Source of the DNA: Hyphochytrium catenoides
Taxonomy: Eukaryota > Protista > Hyphochytriomycota
DNA length: 64,000 nucleotides
Assembly: GCA_900088475.1 (NCBI GenBank)
Contig: FLMG01000171.1
Span: 2,608-66,607, forward strand
Direction: 5' to 3'
The notes under the pieces were generated by a model, which was not told where the DNA came from, did no database searches, and saw only the letters and a list, made by a program, of their open reading frames with translations. This document shows positions 49,251 through 62,942 of the stretch, one piece after another (position 1 is the stretch's first letter; each line of letters opens with the position of its first letter). The translations under genes and the position numbers were made by a program.

Positions 49251-51442
49251 ATGGACGAAAGTAACGTCAGTCAGCGAGCTATGTGTGGGCAAAGTGGGAG
49301 AGCGGCCCCCGTTGTCCGAGTGCTCGATACTTCTTCAGCCACCAAGAAGGTGTTGAGGAGGCCCCGCCCCTCAACCATTTTGAAGGTAATGGATAACCTT
49401 CTTTCCTTGACACGTTTGGGAGCTTCGGGCTAACCTTTGGACCAGGGTCATCGAGGAGTATCAGCCGCCGTACCCCTATCAAAGGCTGGAGAGAACGAAG
49501 TACCAAACTCAATAGAGGCTCGACCTGTGGACCAGGGCCGAGTCTTTCTGAGGAGATCGAAGGAGAAGTGGGAATCCCAGCGGCATTTGCGAGACACGAC
49601 AACGGGCCCAAGAAGCACTTCCTTAGGCCACAATAAACCAGTTGAAGTCGCGCTTTCGGGACAAGTGAAGGTAACATATTGTCATTGTAGGTTTCATGGT
49701 ATGGCATTAACGGCTAAAACAACCTAGCCACAGAGACAGTTCGGTCTGAGTCAAGGCCATTTGCAGACCCCTAAAGAATCAAACTTCGGGTTCGCATCAG
49801 ACCCACATGTCTCTTCCTCCTCTGCTTTGCCTTTTGCCGGGCCTGCTATGGGTACCGGAGCAAAGTCAAGAGTTGGTTTCCGTCAGCGTTCTAGGGAGAG
49901 ATGGATGAAGAGCAAAGAACTTCGAAATGTTGATGAGCAATTGCGACTTGCAGAGGCTTCAAGTGAGCCTTGGACAAAACCGATAAATACCAGCGAGTTG
50001 CAAAGCAGCGGTAGCGCAGAGTCTCGTCCTGGGCAGGTCAGAGTCAGAGAGTTCTCTCGATTCTTCTATTCCTTCCTCTTGGCAGATGCCTTCTAACTCT
50101 AGTACAGCCTGGGGACATGACGCAGCTGCTCGACGACTCGCTGAAGCTGCAGTATGAGAAGACTCCGACTAGAGAGGTAGATAATAACAGAAGCTCGGTT
50201 GACTCTGGGCTTGAGGATCGCAGCCGAATGGCACCTGGGGAGTTCCCGCGAAGGAAAAGGTAACTTGGCCCCTAACTAGGTACCACATCTCATCTAACCA
50301 GGATTGGACTAGCGCCTACCTCAAATGGCAGGAAACCCGCAGTCTGCGAGATGAGGGTTCCGCGCTCTACTCAAAGTTAACCTTGCTGGACGCGGGAAAC
50401 GAGAAGCCATCTCTGACTCAACAAACTTACAAATCGCCCACAAATGAATCTTCTCCTGAATATTGGCGGGACAAGCTCACTGAGTTTTATGCCAAGCATA
50501 ATCCTTCCAAATTAAACTCAGTAGAAAGCGCCTTGAAACAATACGCAGGTCGCTACGAAGAAATGTGGAAGAAGCTGCAGGAAAAATATCTTGGCCCAGG
50601 GTGCGTGGATGCTTTCGTCAAATCACGCGATGCTAGGTATCGATTTCTGACCTCTTCGCTAGGCTGCTAGCTCAACCCCGCAAATTTATAACTTCCGAGC
50701 GGCACCCACGAGTCTTCATGGACATCTCCATAGGAGGGCTAAGAGCGGGCCGCATAGTTATGCGCTTGCTTGACGATCAAACGCCATTGGCCGCAGAGAA
50801 CTTTCGCTGTTTATGCACAGGAGAAAAGGTTAGTAACCTCTCCTCCGTTAATTAGCCAGATTCTGACTACCTCCATAGGGACCACAACTTTGCTACAAAG
50901 GGAGTCGTTTCCATAGAGTGATCAAGAACTTCATGGTTCAAGGAGGAGGTACGAGATTAGCGCTTGCTCCAACAGCCGTGAACCAGGGGACATCTTCCCT
51001 CTGTCTATCTCACGCCCATGTGTTTTGTGTAGACATCACGAATGGGGATGGCACCGGTGGCGTGAGCATTTATGGTGGAACAGAGCATGGAGACCTATGG
51101 GGCAATTTCAAGGATGAGAAGTTTCTCCCTCACGACTCAGCAGGGCTGCTATCGATGGCCAATGATGGTCCCAATCGTAATGGTTCCCAGGTATTGATGG
51201 ACCTCTCTCTGTTGCGTCTAGCGCCATCTCACTTATCTTATCTTCCGTCCATACTGCAGTTTTTTATCACAACCAGATCCTCCCTCTCTCATCTAGATGG
51301 GAAGCATGTGGTTTTTGGAGAGGTTACTGAAGGGCTTGAAGTGGTTGACAAGATGCAAGGCGTCACGGTGGGAAAGAACTCCATGCCCACGCCGGACGGC
51401 GCCATTGTGGTGGAAGACTGTGGCCAACTTACATCTTGCTAA
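49251..51442 (+). CDS. Multidomain cyclophilin-type PPIase with long disordered N-terminus and a small helical domain; start uncertain
   Basis: [77 protein letters not shown]. Confidence 0.88.
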
Positions 51443-53290
51443 GAATTGGCCTCCTACTCTTGCGACGAAGCTTACCGCAAGGCTACCAAAGAAGCTTGCC
51501 CTCCCACATAAGATCGAAGGGCACTACGTGAGGACTCTATAACATAGACGCCTGCATCCCATTCCCTGTGGGATCGTAGCACGAAGAGCGCACCCCTAGG
51601 GTCGTGACACTCGACTTGCACACTTCGGTGGGTCCTTAACACCAACCTATGTCCCTACTTTCTGTCGTGACCCTCGACTCTGCGCAGCCAATAGATGTTG
51701 TGGTCGGCGAAGCTATCGGAAGATGTCACTAGTGCAGAGAGGAGTTCTACCTTAAACCGCTCCTGGCAGCGTTAATATATATGGGTGAATGGCTCTCTTC
51801 CGCAGCGTCTAGGATATGTTGTCTGTCTTCATAGGTATCCTCAACCAGGCGGACTCAGAGTGCAGGGAAACGGTACGGACGCTTCTCCTACCCAGGGTCA
51901 CCTGTTGCAAATCTCCACCGCACAGAAGCGTCATCAAAGCATTGATAGATTTGGCTTTCATGTGTGCTAGAACCTTGGAAGGAGATTTGTTGCTCGTAGT
52001 CTGCCCCATCATTTATGCCCCATCTTGCCTTCCCCATCTTCTTCAAAGCACGAGAAAATACTTTGAGTCAAGCTTTAGGAGAGCACTATAGGATGCGTCC
52101 ACACCAGCGTCTGCACGCACAGCAACTCTCGGTTTCGTGCCTTGAGAGGGCCAGCACTGGAGCTGTAAAATATCTTCAAGGTGCAGACATGGACACCTAG
52201 TATTCTATTCCAAGGGCCTGCGGTATGCCATTCTGCCTCGCATGGACAAGTTCACTAGCTACGAGCCGCTCGAACTACCGCAAGTTCCACTGAATTGCGG
52301 ACCTAGTTTCCCTTCGTGCACTGGGAGAAGCTTAATGAGAGAGCCAACGTTCGAGTGCCTCTTAGAGAGGGGCATTAGGTCAGCTATGGTCGCACGAGGG
52401 TTTTCTATCAACTCCTGGGCTGGTGGTCGATGGCACATCTTTGGAGTCAAGCCGACTAATACGGGAGGTTGGACGAAGAGGATGCACAAGAGGCGACGCA
52501 TCTAAAAGCATTATCTCCTAGATTAGATTAGGGCCTACCTCACAGGCACCAGTAGCAAGGTTCCTTACCTTCTCTTCTAACTACTGGTACAGTCTGCAGC
52601 TGAGATGGCCATCGCCTCCTTGTTGAGTTCAGCAGCAATGAATGCAGCTGAAATCCGGGCACCAACTAGGGACCGCTTACATCTTCTGAGGCCTCAGGGA
52701 GGGTAGACTGGCTGACTCCAATCCTTTCACTTGAAGAACTACTGGGACTGGGCCTATTAGCCCACGGGTCTCAGTGTCACATCGTCTCCTTTATGATGAG
52801 TAGACGCGGTTGACGAGTTGACGACGGTTGAGAAGACAATTCAGCTCGTCTCATCAGATGTCAAAAGTTGCTCTAAAAAGCAATGTTAAAACTACTCGTA
52901 TTATTATTGACGATGTTGTCCGTTTTCCCCGTGTGCTGTGTCTCCATATTAGCTGGAAACCGCTAGATGTGAGATTCTGATGAAGTTTTGCTGACAAATC
53001 TTCATAAATGCGATGCTGGGCGATGCTGGGCGTTGCTGAGAGTTTGACGCGTCAAACAGGTCTTCTATTCAGTTCGTACATGAAGACACTGGGTTTATAA
53101 AGGAACAGTAGCAGAGAACGAGGAAGAGGTACTTCCGCCATGGACCGTCCATGTGCTGACATTGCTGTTGATGCGAGCACCCTAGCCGAGGTTCCGTGTC
53201 AGCGGATGGCGGAAGGAGGGTGAACTTGCCTCGTGACCACCTGTCGATGGCAGAGACATGTCTGTGATCTGAGGGGCTTGAACGACAGAA

Positions 53291-56200
53291 ATGGCATCAT
53301 CTTCTCACGCTGTCGAGCAGCAGAATGCCGCCGCCAGCAAAAATGCTGTGAACTCCATTGAGGACCTTCTGGGCCTTCTGCAAGGTAGAGCTTTTGCCTC
53401 ATATATCCTCTCCCTGATCTCGTTCCTGAGCTCTAGCTGACACTCGTTTCCGTCCAATGTTGTGTCACTGTAGTGAGAGACGTTAGCTGCGATGTGCGAC
53501 GGAAGGTGGCCAGACAGATTGGAGACATTGCAGCGAACAACCCTCAGTTGACTTCCTTTCTTATCGCTAAGGTACGATTCTAGTGCCTGACTGGGCTCAT
53601 CCCGTCGTACATCTGCTTGACTCTCTGCTGTTCTTTGTACAGATCAAGGAGCTGCTCCGAGATAAGGAATGGACTGTGCGGCTCTCAGCTGCCTTTGCCT
53701 TGAGCCAAGTCCTGCGAGCGCCGCACTTCGACACCCAGCAGCTGGCAGGTATGTCTGACGCGGGAACTCGCACACTTTCCGACTATTTGTGAGAACAGTA
53801 AGCACTAAGCTCCTGCTGCAGACATTTCACTATCCGCTCAAGAAGGTCTCCGCCTTAAAGATATTGACTTCCAGAATGTCATCAAAGTGGCCGAACCCCT
53901 TGTCGCTTCAGGAGGAGAGGTATCTTTCATCAGTGTTCGCCAAGCGCTGGGAGGGTTAAACCTCTTTACTGTTCTTCTCCTTCTGATAGGAATATGACTT
54001 AGACGGCAGTTGGCAATCCATGGACCTCGTCGAGAGGTCAAAGGTTCAACGGCGACTCTTCCTTGTGCGAATAGGCCAGGAAGCAGGGAGTAAAACGGTT
54101 CGGACAGCTCAAAAGTTCTCCCATCTTGAAGAGCTCGTGAGCACAGAAGATATAGTAGTGGAAGAGGGCCCACCGCAAAAGAAAACGAAGCGGACCTTGG
54201 AATCGTCTCTCAGTATTCAAAAGAGTGGGCAACAGGACACCAGCGACCCTGTTTTCAGAGGTGCGCTGGGACATGCCTTTGGCTACTCTTTCCTCTATAT
54301 AATCTCTCTTATGCTATCATACTAGCTACTCACCAGACTTGATCTCTCAGTCGGCTGAAGAACCTATCACATGAGCTTGTCCATACCTGATCCCGCCCTC
54401 TCTACAGATAAACCTAGCGAGCAGGCAGCTGTACCGCCCATTGGATCCATAGTGCTGGATTATCTCCTGCTTCTCTTCGACCCGGTGTGGACATCTAGAC
54501 ATGGAGCCCTGTTGGGCCTTCGGGAACTGCTGCCTGTGATTATCCCCCTGCCTGAAGGAAAGTCGTTTTTGCAAAAGGGGAGTTTTAGCGAGAGCCATCT
54601 GGACAATCTGATAGAAGAGATTGTTGTCCGCTGTCTCTGTCTAGTAGCTATGGACCGCTTCAACGATTTTTCTGGGTCAGTTGCCGTTGTATCGCCCGTG
54701 AGAGAAGCTGCTGCTCAGGTGTTGGCTATTACGGTAAGTTTGATTAAGTCCTGGGCATCGGATGCACGGCCGTTCTCTGTTTGTAACATGGAGCTTTCAA
54801 CAAGCCGCGTGACTCTTCCTCTGTGGATTTTCCGCATTGTTCTCGCAATGTCGCCAAAGTGGCTGGACGTACCAAATTGATAGCTCATTCCACTCTATTT
54901 TGGGCTTCTTGCTCTGGCTCAGGTCATCCGAAAGCTCCTTCACTCGCCGCAAGCTGCAGCGGAGGGCCTCGCTGCTTTCCATTCCCTTCTGACGACTTAT
55001 AGTCTGGAGGCTTGCTGGGAAGTCCGTCATGGCGCTGCACTTTGCTGCAAGTACATGTTGAAGACTTCCCAGGATTTCTTGAGTGCAGAGCAGGAAGGGA
55101 AACAATATAACAGAGAAGACGAGACCTTCTGGGACATCGGCGCTCAGTTTTTGCCCCTACTCCAACGAATGATGATGGGAGAAGCCAACGACGACGTAAA
55201 GGTAGTTTGAAGCCTACCTAGCTCTCACCAGCAATCTTCCCTTGGTGGCCATGGTGAAGCCCGCCTTTTGAGTGTGCAGTTCTTTCTTTCAATGCGATCC
55301 CACTGAAAGAATCTAAGATTTGTTCTCGATATTTATCTGATCGCTAAATAACGATCTAGACAAAAAAGCTGAGACTTCTTTTGTAGGCTGTATGCATATC
55401 AGCCATCCCGGACTGCCAGAGCATTATACTGCGCTTCGCAAAGGAGCAACCTAGAAAGAGAAGAGAACTCTTGAGCTTTTTGTTCTACACACTTCAAGAG
55501 GCACAAAAAGTTGAAAAGCTTCAGATGGCGAGCACTGCAGAGAGTATTCGTGCGTTAGCTACGTTATTGTCATTGAAGGAAGTAGGAAGGTCTGATGGGT
55601 CCAGTCCTGAAACCGCGTGGCTCGAAGAGATAGACGAGGGACCATTCCTATCAGTGCTGGAATTGTTGGCGTCCTGTCTTTCCCCTACAACGCCTTCAAT
55701 GGCTTTAAGGAGGAGCGCTCTGTCGTCACTTATTCAGCTTCTAACAGCCAATGCGGACCGGATGTCCCAGCACTGTTCTCCTACCTTTTCGTTGAGGAAG
55801 ACCACTCTGTTCAAGACTTTAATGTTGGTATTTCTTGATGAAGAGGAAAAAGATGATATTGGGGCAGACAAAGAAGAAGTCATAATGCGCCTAGTAGAGG
55901 CCTTCACACAGGGTAAGCTAGGATCGCATTGTTCGTTCTTTACGGCCTTGTTCCTCTCTGCTTAGAGTCGTAAAATATTGGTCACTGCTAGTCCTGACTT
56001 GTAGTCTAGATACCGTGCCACTCTCTCCCCATATCTCTCTGTTGGAGTCAGTGCTAAGAGACAGCTTGCAGATACGCTGGAGGCAGCGCTGGTAAGCTTC
56101 TACCCGGAATGGCTGTCGATCGTGGAATGTCAGTCCGTCTGGCACAGGGACTCCACCATTCCGTTGAAGGCAGATTCTAAACAAGGACGAGACAAAAGTG

Positions 56201-59200
56201 GTGGAGAGTCAGGGGTAACCTGGGTCACTATCACTCAGCAGGTGGCGCTCAGTAAAAGCTTTGGAAATGCCTTTGCCGCTCTCGTTGCTCGCGGAGGAAA
56301 TGCCGGCTCACTCCCTGCGTTGCTAGAAAGCAAAGGAGTTCATCACTCATTGTCCGCGGCTGTAAAGATTTGTCGACTTGTGCTTCTTCAGTCATTCTTC
56401 CGCGGGCTGCACTCTGCTAGCAAGCAAGTGGTCAACTGCAATGCAGGTACAAACTTTCCTCAGGCTGTAAATTCATTGAAGACCTCCCGCTTTGAATTCT
56501 TCCTCCTCTTCGTTGGTATATGGACTGAAACTATTATGTTAGTTCGAAGGATTTTCCAGTTGATAGATCCACACCTGAAGCCATCTGAAATTGAGGAAGA
56601 GGCACTCTATGCGGAGTGCGAGGTGTCACTTGCCCGATTGACCGCGGTAAGTGCTAACTCCACTGTTTTTTTTTGTTCCCAATCCTGCTTCTCTACCCTA
56701 TATTGCGTCGTCTGGTCCTTCTGCTTAGTGCTTGTCAGAGGGCATGTCTGACNNNNNNNNNNNNNNNNNNNNNNNNNNNNNNNNNNNNNNNNNNNNNNNN
56801 NGGTCCCTTCACCATAAATGGAGTCCTTTTCCGCTTGGATTTACAACTTTCTCGTGCCTTTCCTTTTGCCTTGCGACTTTCCTTACGGTTCTGTTTCCGT
56901 AGAATTTGAGGGGTGTTATGAGTACTGTGAAAGAGGTCTTACAAGGAGAATACCAAGCACTGGCCGCTCTTGAAGAGCTCGAACGTCTTGAGCCACATTG
57001 TGTGACGCTTCGGAAGTTGGGGGCTTTGAGCGAAGCGCTCAGAGTATGCTTAGGAGATATCAAGGGCAAGCTAGAATCAGGTAGGGTTCTTTCTATCGTA
57101 GCTCTCGAAGTCCTTACCCTGACAACTAGATACGATAGTCAATTTGAACTTCCATTGCTCGGTTAAGGCCACTCTAAGGTCACTCATTGCCTCGAATCAG
57201 TCATCCTGCCACTCTCGAGAGCGGAAAGCCCGTACTTGGCTACTCTGATGTACTGTACCTTATCAAAACTTTTTTTGGTGCAGACCGTCTCATCTATGTC
57301 GCTCAAAGAATTGAGAACATAACAAGTGCGGGAAGAGAAGTTGAAACTCTGCAGAAAACGCTAGGTTTACGAGTCGAGGGGTTGGCAGCAGCCGCGTTAG
57401 AGTCTGCAATAAAAATTCCCCTATCGCCCCCCTTCCTGCCTCTCCCCTCCTCCTTGAATAGCCTCATACGCCCGCTCATGAGTCTTTTGAAGGCGGAGAA
57501 GGATAAAGCTCTGTTAAGGTGCTAAGAATCTCTCCACGTGTCCTTTACCTCCTTCGATGGATTTGGTTGGTGTTAGTCCACTCCCTTGTTTGCTGCATTG
57601 CCCTCCTAATCGCATCATTGGCAGCATTGTCGGTGACAGCATTGCAAACCTAAGTCACAAAATCATGCAGTTCCAAAAGAAGGTATGTAGTAGTAATCTC
57701 TGGGCAGTCTTCTTCCCTACCGATGGCGCTGCAGGTCGTAGGCCTCATTTTCTTCCTCTTTGCTCGGTCCGCTCTCCTTTTCTAGGCGAATAACAAAGTG
57801 AACCGAAAGATATGCCAAAACCTATGTGCCTATGCCCTGCACAAATCTCAAGACAAAGTTGAAGGTAAAAGGTGTAAAAATGGGGTCGTTGTTCGCCAGA
57901 CCTATCTTCCCGCTTTGATTTTTGAATAAGCACTTCCTTTCCCTATCATTCGGATGGGTTCCAAAATCTCGTGGATGGCTAGATAGTAAGCATGGGGGAG
58001 AACAAGGTCTCCTGTCAATGCTAAACCTCTATGGAGCCAATCTGCTGGAACAAATGCCCTTGCTAAAGGACTCACTTCACGGAAAAATGGAGGTGATCTA
58101 GGATTAGACCTGCTAACCCCTTATAACGCACTCAAAGCCACCTCCGTTCTCCACACATTGTTCCTTTTTCTTTAAATATCTTGCTTGGACTGGCTAACTA
58201 CGACGTTATGTCCGCTGTCCGACTACTTGGCCGATTCGGGGTCGAGCCTTCCGGGGTTACCTTGCCTCTTTCAATCTTTGATCCCTCCTTCAGACATGAT
58301 TATCTTTATCCGATGCTTTTTAACATAGTCGCTTGGCATCGACCACGGCCTAGGGCTTCACCGACGAGTTACGGCTTCGTCTCCTACTGCTGCTACTATC
58401 TCACGCGTCTCCGGAGGAGGCACAGCAGGTAGCTTAACGGCTCAGATATGTGCCTGCTTCTTGTTACACTACTGCCACTTTCTATAGAGGTAGGCTTGAC
58501 TCACTCCGTATTGGCAGTTTCGTCCCCTGGTCAAGCCTCTTCTGGAGTCCTTGAATGAAGAATTAGACCCTGTGATTCTCAGGTACTGTAACTCTTTTGC
58601 TTTGATGAAGCCGTTCGGTCTCTCTATCTGCGTCTCAACTACCTCTGTTGTCCTCTGTTTCTTTCTTACCTACTGCCAGACATTGACATCTGGATCACGC
58701 AGGCTGACTGTCGAAGCTCTGAAGTACGTTTGGACGACAGACCGAAAGTCTTGTCGAGAGATGTTCGGAAGAGCTATCACGGCTACCATGGACGCTTCCG
58801 GTACCGTGCTTATTCTATGCTAACGTACGCCATTTGTGGTTTCAATCTTGCTCGGTTTCTATCACTATTCGACCCATCAAGTCTCTCGCCATCCAAGGCC
58901 CCTGGAGCTCTGCTCTCTGCTCTGTTTATCTTTCCCAGGCCGGCGTAGCATCTCATCCCTATGCGCTAGTTCCTCAATCGCTGTAAACTTACCATCATAT
59001 ACACAGAGACATCAGGACATTGTGTCCAAACTAGGGTTAATATGTTGATGGTTCTAAAAGAGCTTGTCTCCGTTCCTTGGGAGGCTGAGGATATTGAAAG
59101 GGTTCTGCCGCCGGCTCTCCACCTTTCGCTTCTGTCACTGTCATCGGCTGATAGGCACTGCCGACGGACTGCGGCGTTTACGTTCTCCGCCCTGGTGCCC

Positions 59201-62200
59201 TTTCTCTCCTCGTTGCGACACAGCCTAAGCACAGGAGAGTTGATGCTCGGACAAGGACCCAGCATCGGCTTCTTGAAGGGACTTTTGGAGCCACAGCTCT
59301 ATCGATGCAGTGACGGGGAGTTGAAAGGTGAAGTTTCCTTTATCGTGCCCAATGTCATATGCACCTCACTCTCTAGAGACCCTCCCGGTGCCTATCATGT
59401 GGTTTCATGGGGGTTGATTCTTACATTGCGGAATACTTCATATCTGCTTGCTCTAACGTTGGCCTCTTTTCCAGAGTTATTAGGAGAAGTGTTTCAGGAT
59501 AAGATCAAGCTTAGACCTTATCAGAGGGAGGGTATATCATGGCTCCTCTATCTGCAAAAACACGGCCTGCATGGCGCTCTCTGTGATGACATGGGGCTGG
59601 GTAAGACAGTTCAGGTTAGTCACAACCAGCTCTATGGTGGGTTATAGGCTGCCAAGCAGGCAAAAGGATTGAAGGACACACCTGATGAGAGTAGGGCAAG
59701 CTGTTCAGGTGACGGCAGGGGTATTATCTATAAAGTCTGCAACGAGTTCTAAGGGCCAGTCAGATCCTCAGTGCAGGGTGGCAAGCTCGTAAGCATCTGG
59801 ATTGAAAACCAACGCTTAGCCTTTCGTTTGTAACCTTTAGGTTCTCTGTGCAGTCCTCGCTCGAAAGCGAAGCTGCGAGCGACAAGGAAGGAAGACCCGT
59901 CCGAGCCTCGTCGTGTGCCCTGCCTCAGTGGTTGGCCACTGGCAACAGGAAGTGGTGAAATTTTTTGCTTCCATTCTTACTTGCGAGGCGTTCAGGGGCA
60001 CAAGGTATGCACAAGAGGCAACTAGTATTACCGGCCTACCTCGCCAGTCGAAATGCCAATTCATTAAGCTTCTTGGTTCGCCATCTTTCCCTGAACCATA
60101 GTTGTTAATCGTACGCGAAACTTCAAATCCTCGGACGTTGACTCGATTATTCTACTTTTTCCTCCAAAGCTCCAAAGCTACAACTGCTCGCGGTCGTGAG
60201 AAGACCTCGTTCCCCTTTACTGAAACGAGGGAGGTCCCTGACGTGCTGGTTTGCTCCTACTCTATGCTCTGCAAATACCAAGTGGTATTGGCTAGCCTCC
60301 GCTGGTGCTACTGCATTTTAGATGAAGGTGTGAAGACATTTTATTTTTCGTTCTCTTTGGCCACCTGGCGGGCACTTTTTTATTGCTCCTTGCTGGGCAA
60401 AGTCATCTTTACTTCATACCTTGCGGGTGAAGAGGTTCGACCAGAACAGTCAAGCTGTTGTCTTAATCCACCTTCCTACTCTTTCCAGCACACCTAATCA
60501 GAAATCAGAGTACAAAGACAGCACAAGCAGCTTTCTCCCTGGTGGCAGAATACAGGCTTGTCCTAAGTGGAACCCCAATACAGGTAGCCACAGAGGCCAT
60601 GCAGTTTTTGGTATGCTAGAGAGAGTGGCAAGCGCTTGGGCCATAGGGAGACCATGAAGACTTAGGTGGGCGGCCCTGGACTCCAACTTGATAACTACCT
60701 TCCTTGTGAAGGAGAGCCCGGTCATAGAATTTGGGGCGGATTGAGAGTCTTCAGAAGAGCAAATGACACTTTCTATCCCTAGAACAATGTATCTGATCTT
60801 TGGAGCCTCTTCGAGTTTTTGATGCCGGGCTACCTTGGGGACCTCAGTAGCTTCCGTGCCCAAACGCTAAGGAAGATATCACTGCTTCGCGGAGCTGGAA
60901 AGTTTAGGACCTCAGGAGTCTTAGATGAAGGTAGAGTGGACGTTCAGTTGACATTAGTTATGGTGATTTGGCCCACTTCGCATATCTCATCTGATCCACT
61001 TTCTATGCCTTATTGTGAACTTTACCCGTCAGGTTCGTTGTCTGCCTATTGAGCAAGATGATTTGTTTCTTAATCTATCAATGGCCCATCCTTACTCCCT
61101 TTCCCTTATCGTTTATAGGCTTCCAGGCTCTAGAACAGCTGCATGGGACTGTTTTGCCCTTCATATTACGTCGCTTAAAGAGTCAGGTACTTAAGGATCT
61201 ACCACCCAAGATCATTCAGGATGTGCGTTGTGCACTTTCAGGACCTCAGGCAAGCCGTCATTTGCATTTGGTTCTCTCTGTCCCTAGCTTACTCCCTCTG
61301 CCTATCGCCACCCTTTTCGGATTTACTACCTCACAGGAGGAGCTATATAGTGCCGTTGTGAAGGCGTTCACTGGGAGGATGGAGAAAAAGGACTCCTCTC
61401 TAGGTTCCTTCGACGCACTGAGGCTCTTGCGCAAAATCTGCATTCATCCGTTGGCCTATCTATCTGACCCAAAGGTGAAGTCTACAACGACTGCCTCGTC
61501 GCTTCCAAGAACTGTAAGTCTACCAAAGGGAGAACCAAGGACGAGCTTAGAGCTCTCTGGAAAGCTTATTTCACTCAGGTACGTATTCTTGATTGCTTGT
61601 ACGCACGACGTATAATCCATGGAGCCGGCTCTCTCTTCTCTATTACTCAGGGACATACTCTTGCAGTGTGGTGTCGTAAAGTCCTCTCTCCTTGAGGTTC
61701 CTGCACATCGCTGTGTCATCTTCTGTCAAATGTTCAGCTCCTTAGACATCATAGAAGACTTGCTACTGAAGCCAGACAGCGTGCCGTATCTTAGGCTCGA
61801 CGGTATGGCGGAACATGCTATGCATAACGAAGGAATTGTTAGGGGAAAGTGGAACAGAGTTCAAGGACGGTTAATGAAGCGAGGGTCTGGGGAGGCTATG
61901 TAACACAACGTGGGGGCTAGTGAAAGCATACATTTGATGTTACCTGTTGACAGGGAAGTGTACTAGCGCAGCGCGTACTGCTCTGATCGACCGCTTCAAC
62001 TCTGATCCCTTCATCACGGTGCTCCTAAGCACGACGAAGGTGGGTGGTCTTGGGATCTCCTTGACCTCGGCAAATACGGTTATATTCGTGGAAAGCGACT
62101 GGAACCCCTTCAACGGTAGGTAAAGTAGCACATGGATGAGATAATTAGCCGCAGTGGGTGGGAAGAGCAGTGACAGGGATAGCAGGGTGCGGCTAGGTTG

Positions 62201-62902
62201 TCGCTCGTCATTAGAAGTGATTCAAAGGCAGAGTGGGCCTAGTGCTTGGCAACAAATGCTAACAGAGGTGCTAAATGGAACGAAGACCATTCAGTTGCAG
62301 TCATCCTAATTCGCTCTTTATTTCATTGCGGCTCACTTCCCTTCTGATAGATTTGCAGGCCATGGACCGTTGCCACCGTTTAGGACAGGATAACGCCGTT
62401 CAGGTCTATCGAATATTCTGTGAAGGCACTATAGAGGAGGACATCATGAAGTATGCTTCCGACATCTGCAATCTTCGCGTCGTCACGTCTAGCACACTGT
62501 TTCCCCAAAAGTGTGACGCACACTTTTGAAGTCTAGCTCAAACCTTTCCCTCTCAGTCTGCAGGACTTCAAGGAAAAGGTAGCTTCAACGGTGGTGTCAC
62601 AGGATAATCAGTCTGTCCAGAGCATGAGGGTGGAAGATATACTCAGACTATTTAGAAGTGTAAGTCTCTATTTGTTACTGTTTGGATCATGTAGTCAATA
62701 TTAATTCTCTTCCCAGTCCACAGATAGTGCGACAACGATCCACAAAGAATCCCACATGGAAAGTGCCGAATCTAGTAGAGGTTCAAACGTTCGAGGAGCC
62801 CTACAAAATTTGCAAGAGTTATGGGACGAGGAAGAGTATAAGGAAGCGCTGAACTATTCAGCTACTGACGGGTCGATTCTTAGAGCTAAGACTGGAGCAT
62901 GA
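53291..62902 (+). CDS. BTAF1: BTAF1/Mot1 SNF2-family TBP-associated ATPase, many exons, spans the assembly gap
   Basis: [32 protein letters not shown]...[88 protein letters not shown]. Confidence 0.93.
56753..56801. other. Assembly gap (N run) inside a BTAF1 intron
   Basis: Run of N characters. Confidence 0.99.
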
Positions 62903-62942
62903 CTCTGGCTCCTAAAGGAGCTCAGATCCCTGTTGGAGGGTC

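Noticed and set aside
52794-52980. Box C/D snoRNA candidate (ATGATGA...CTGA)
   Set aside because: The boxes are too far apart, with no terminal stem or recognisable rRNA guide. No tRNA, rRNA or snRNA was recognised anywhere in the window.
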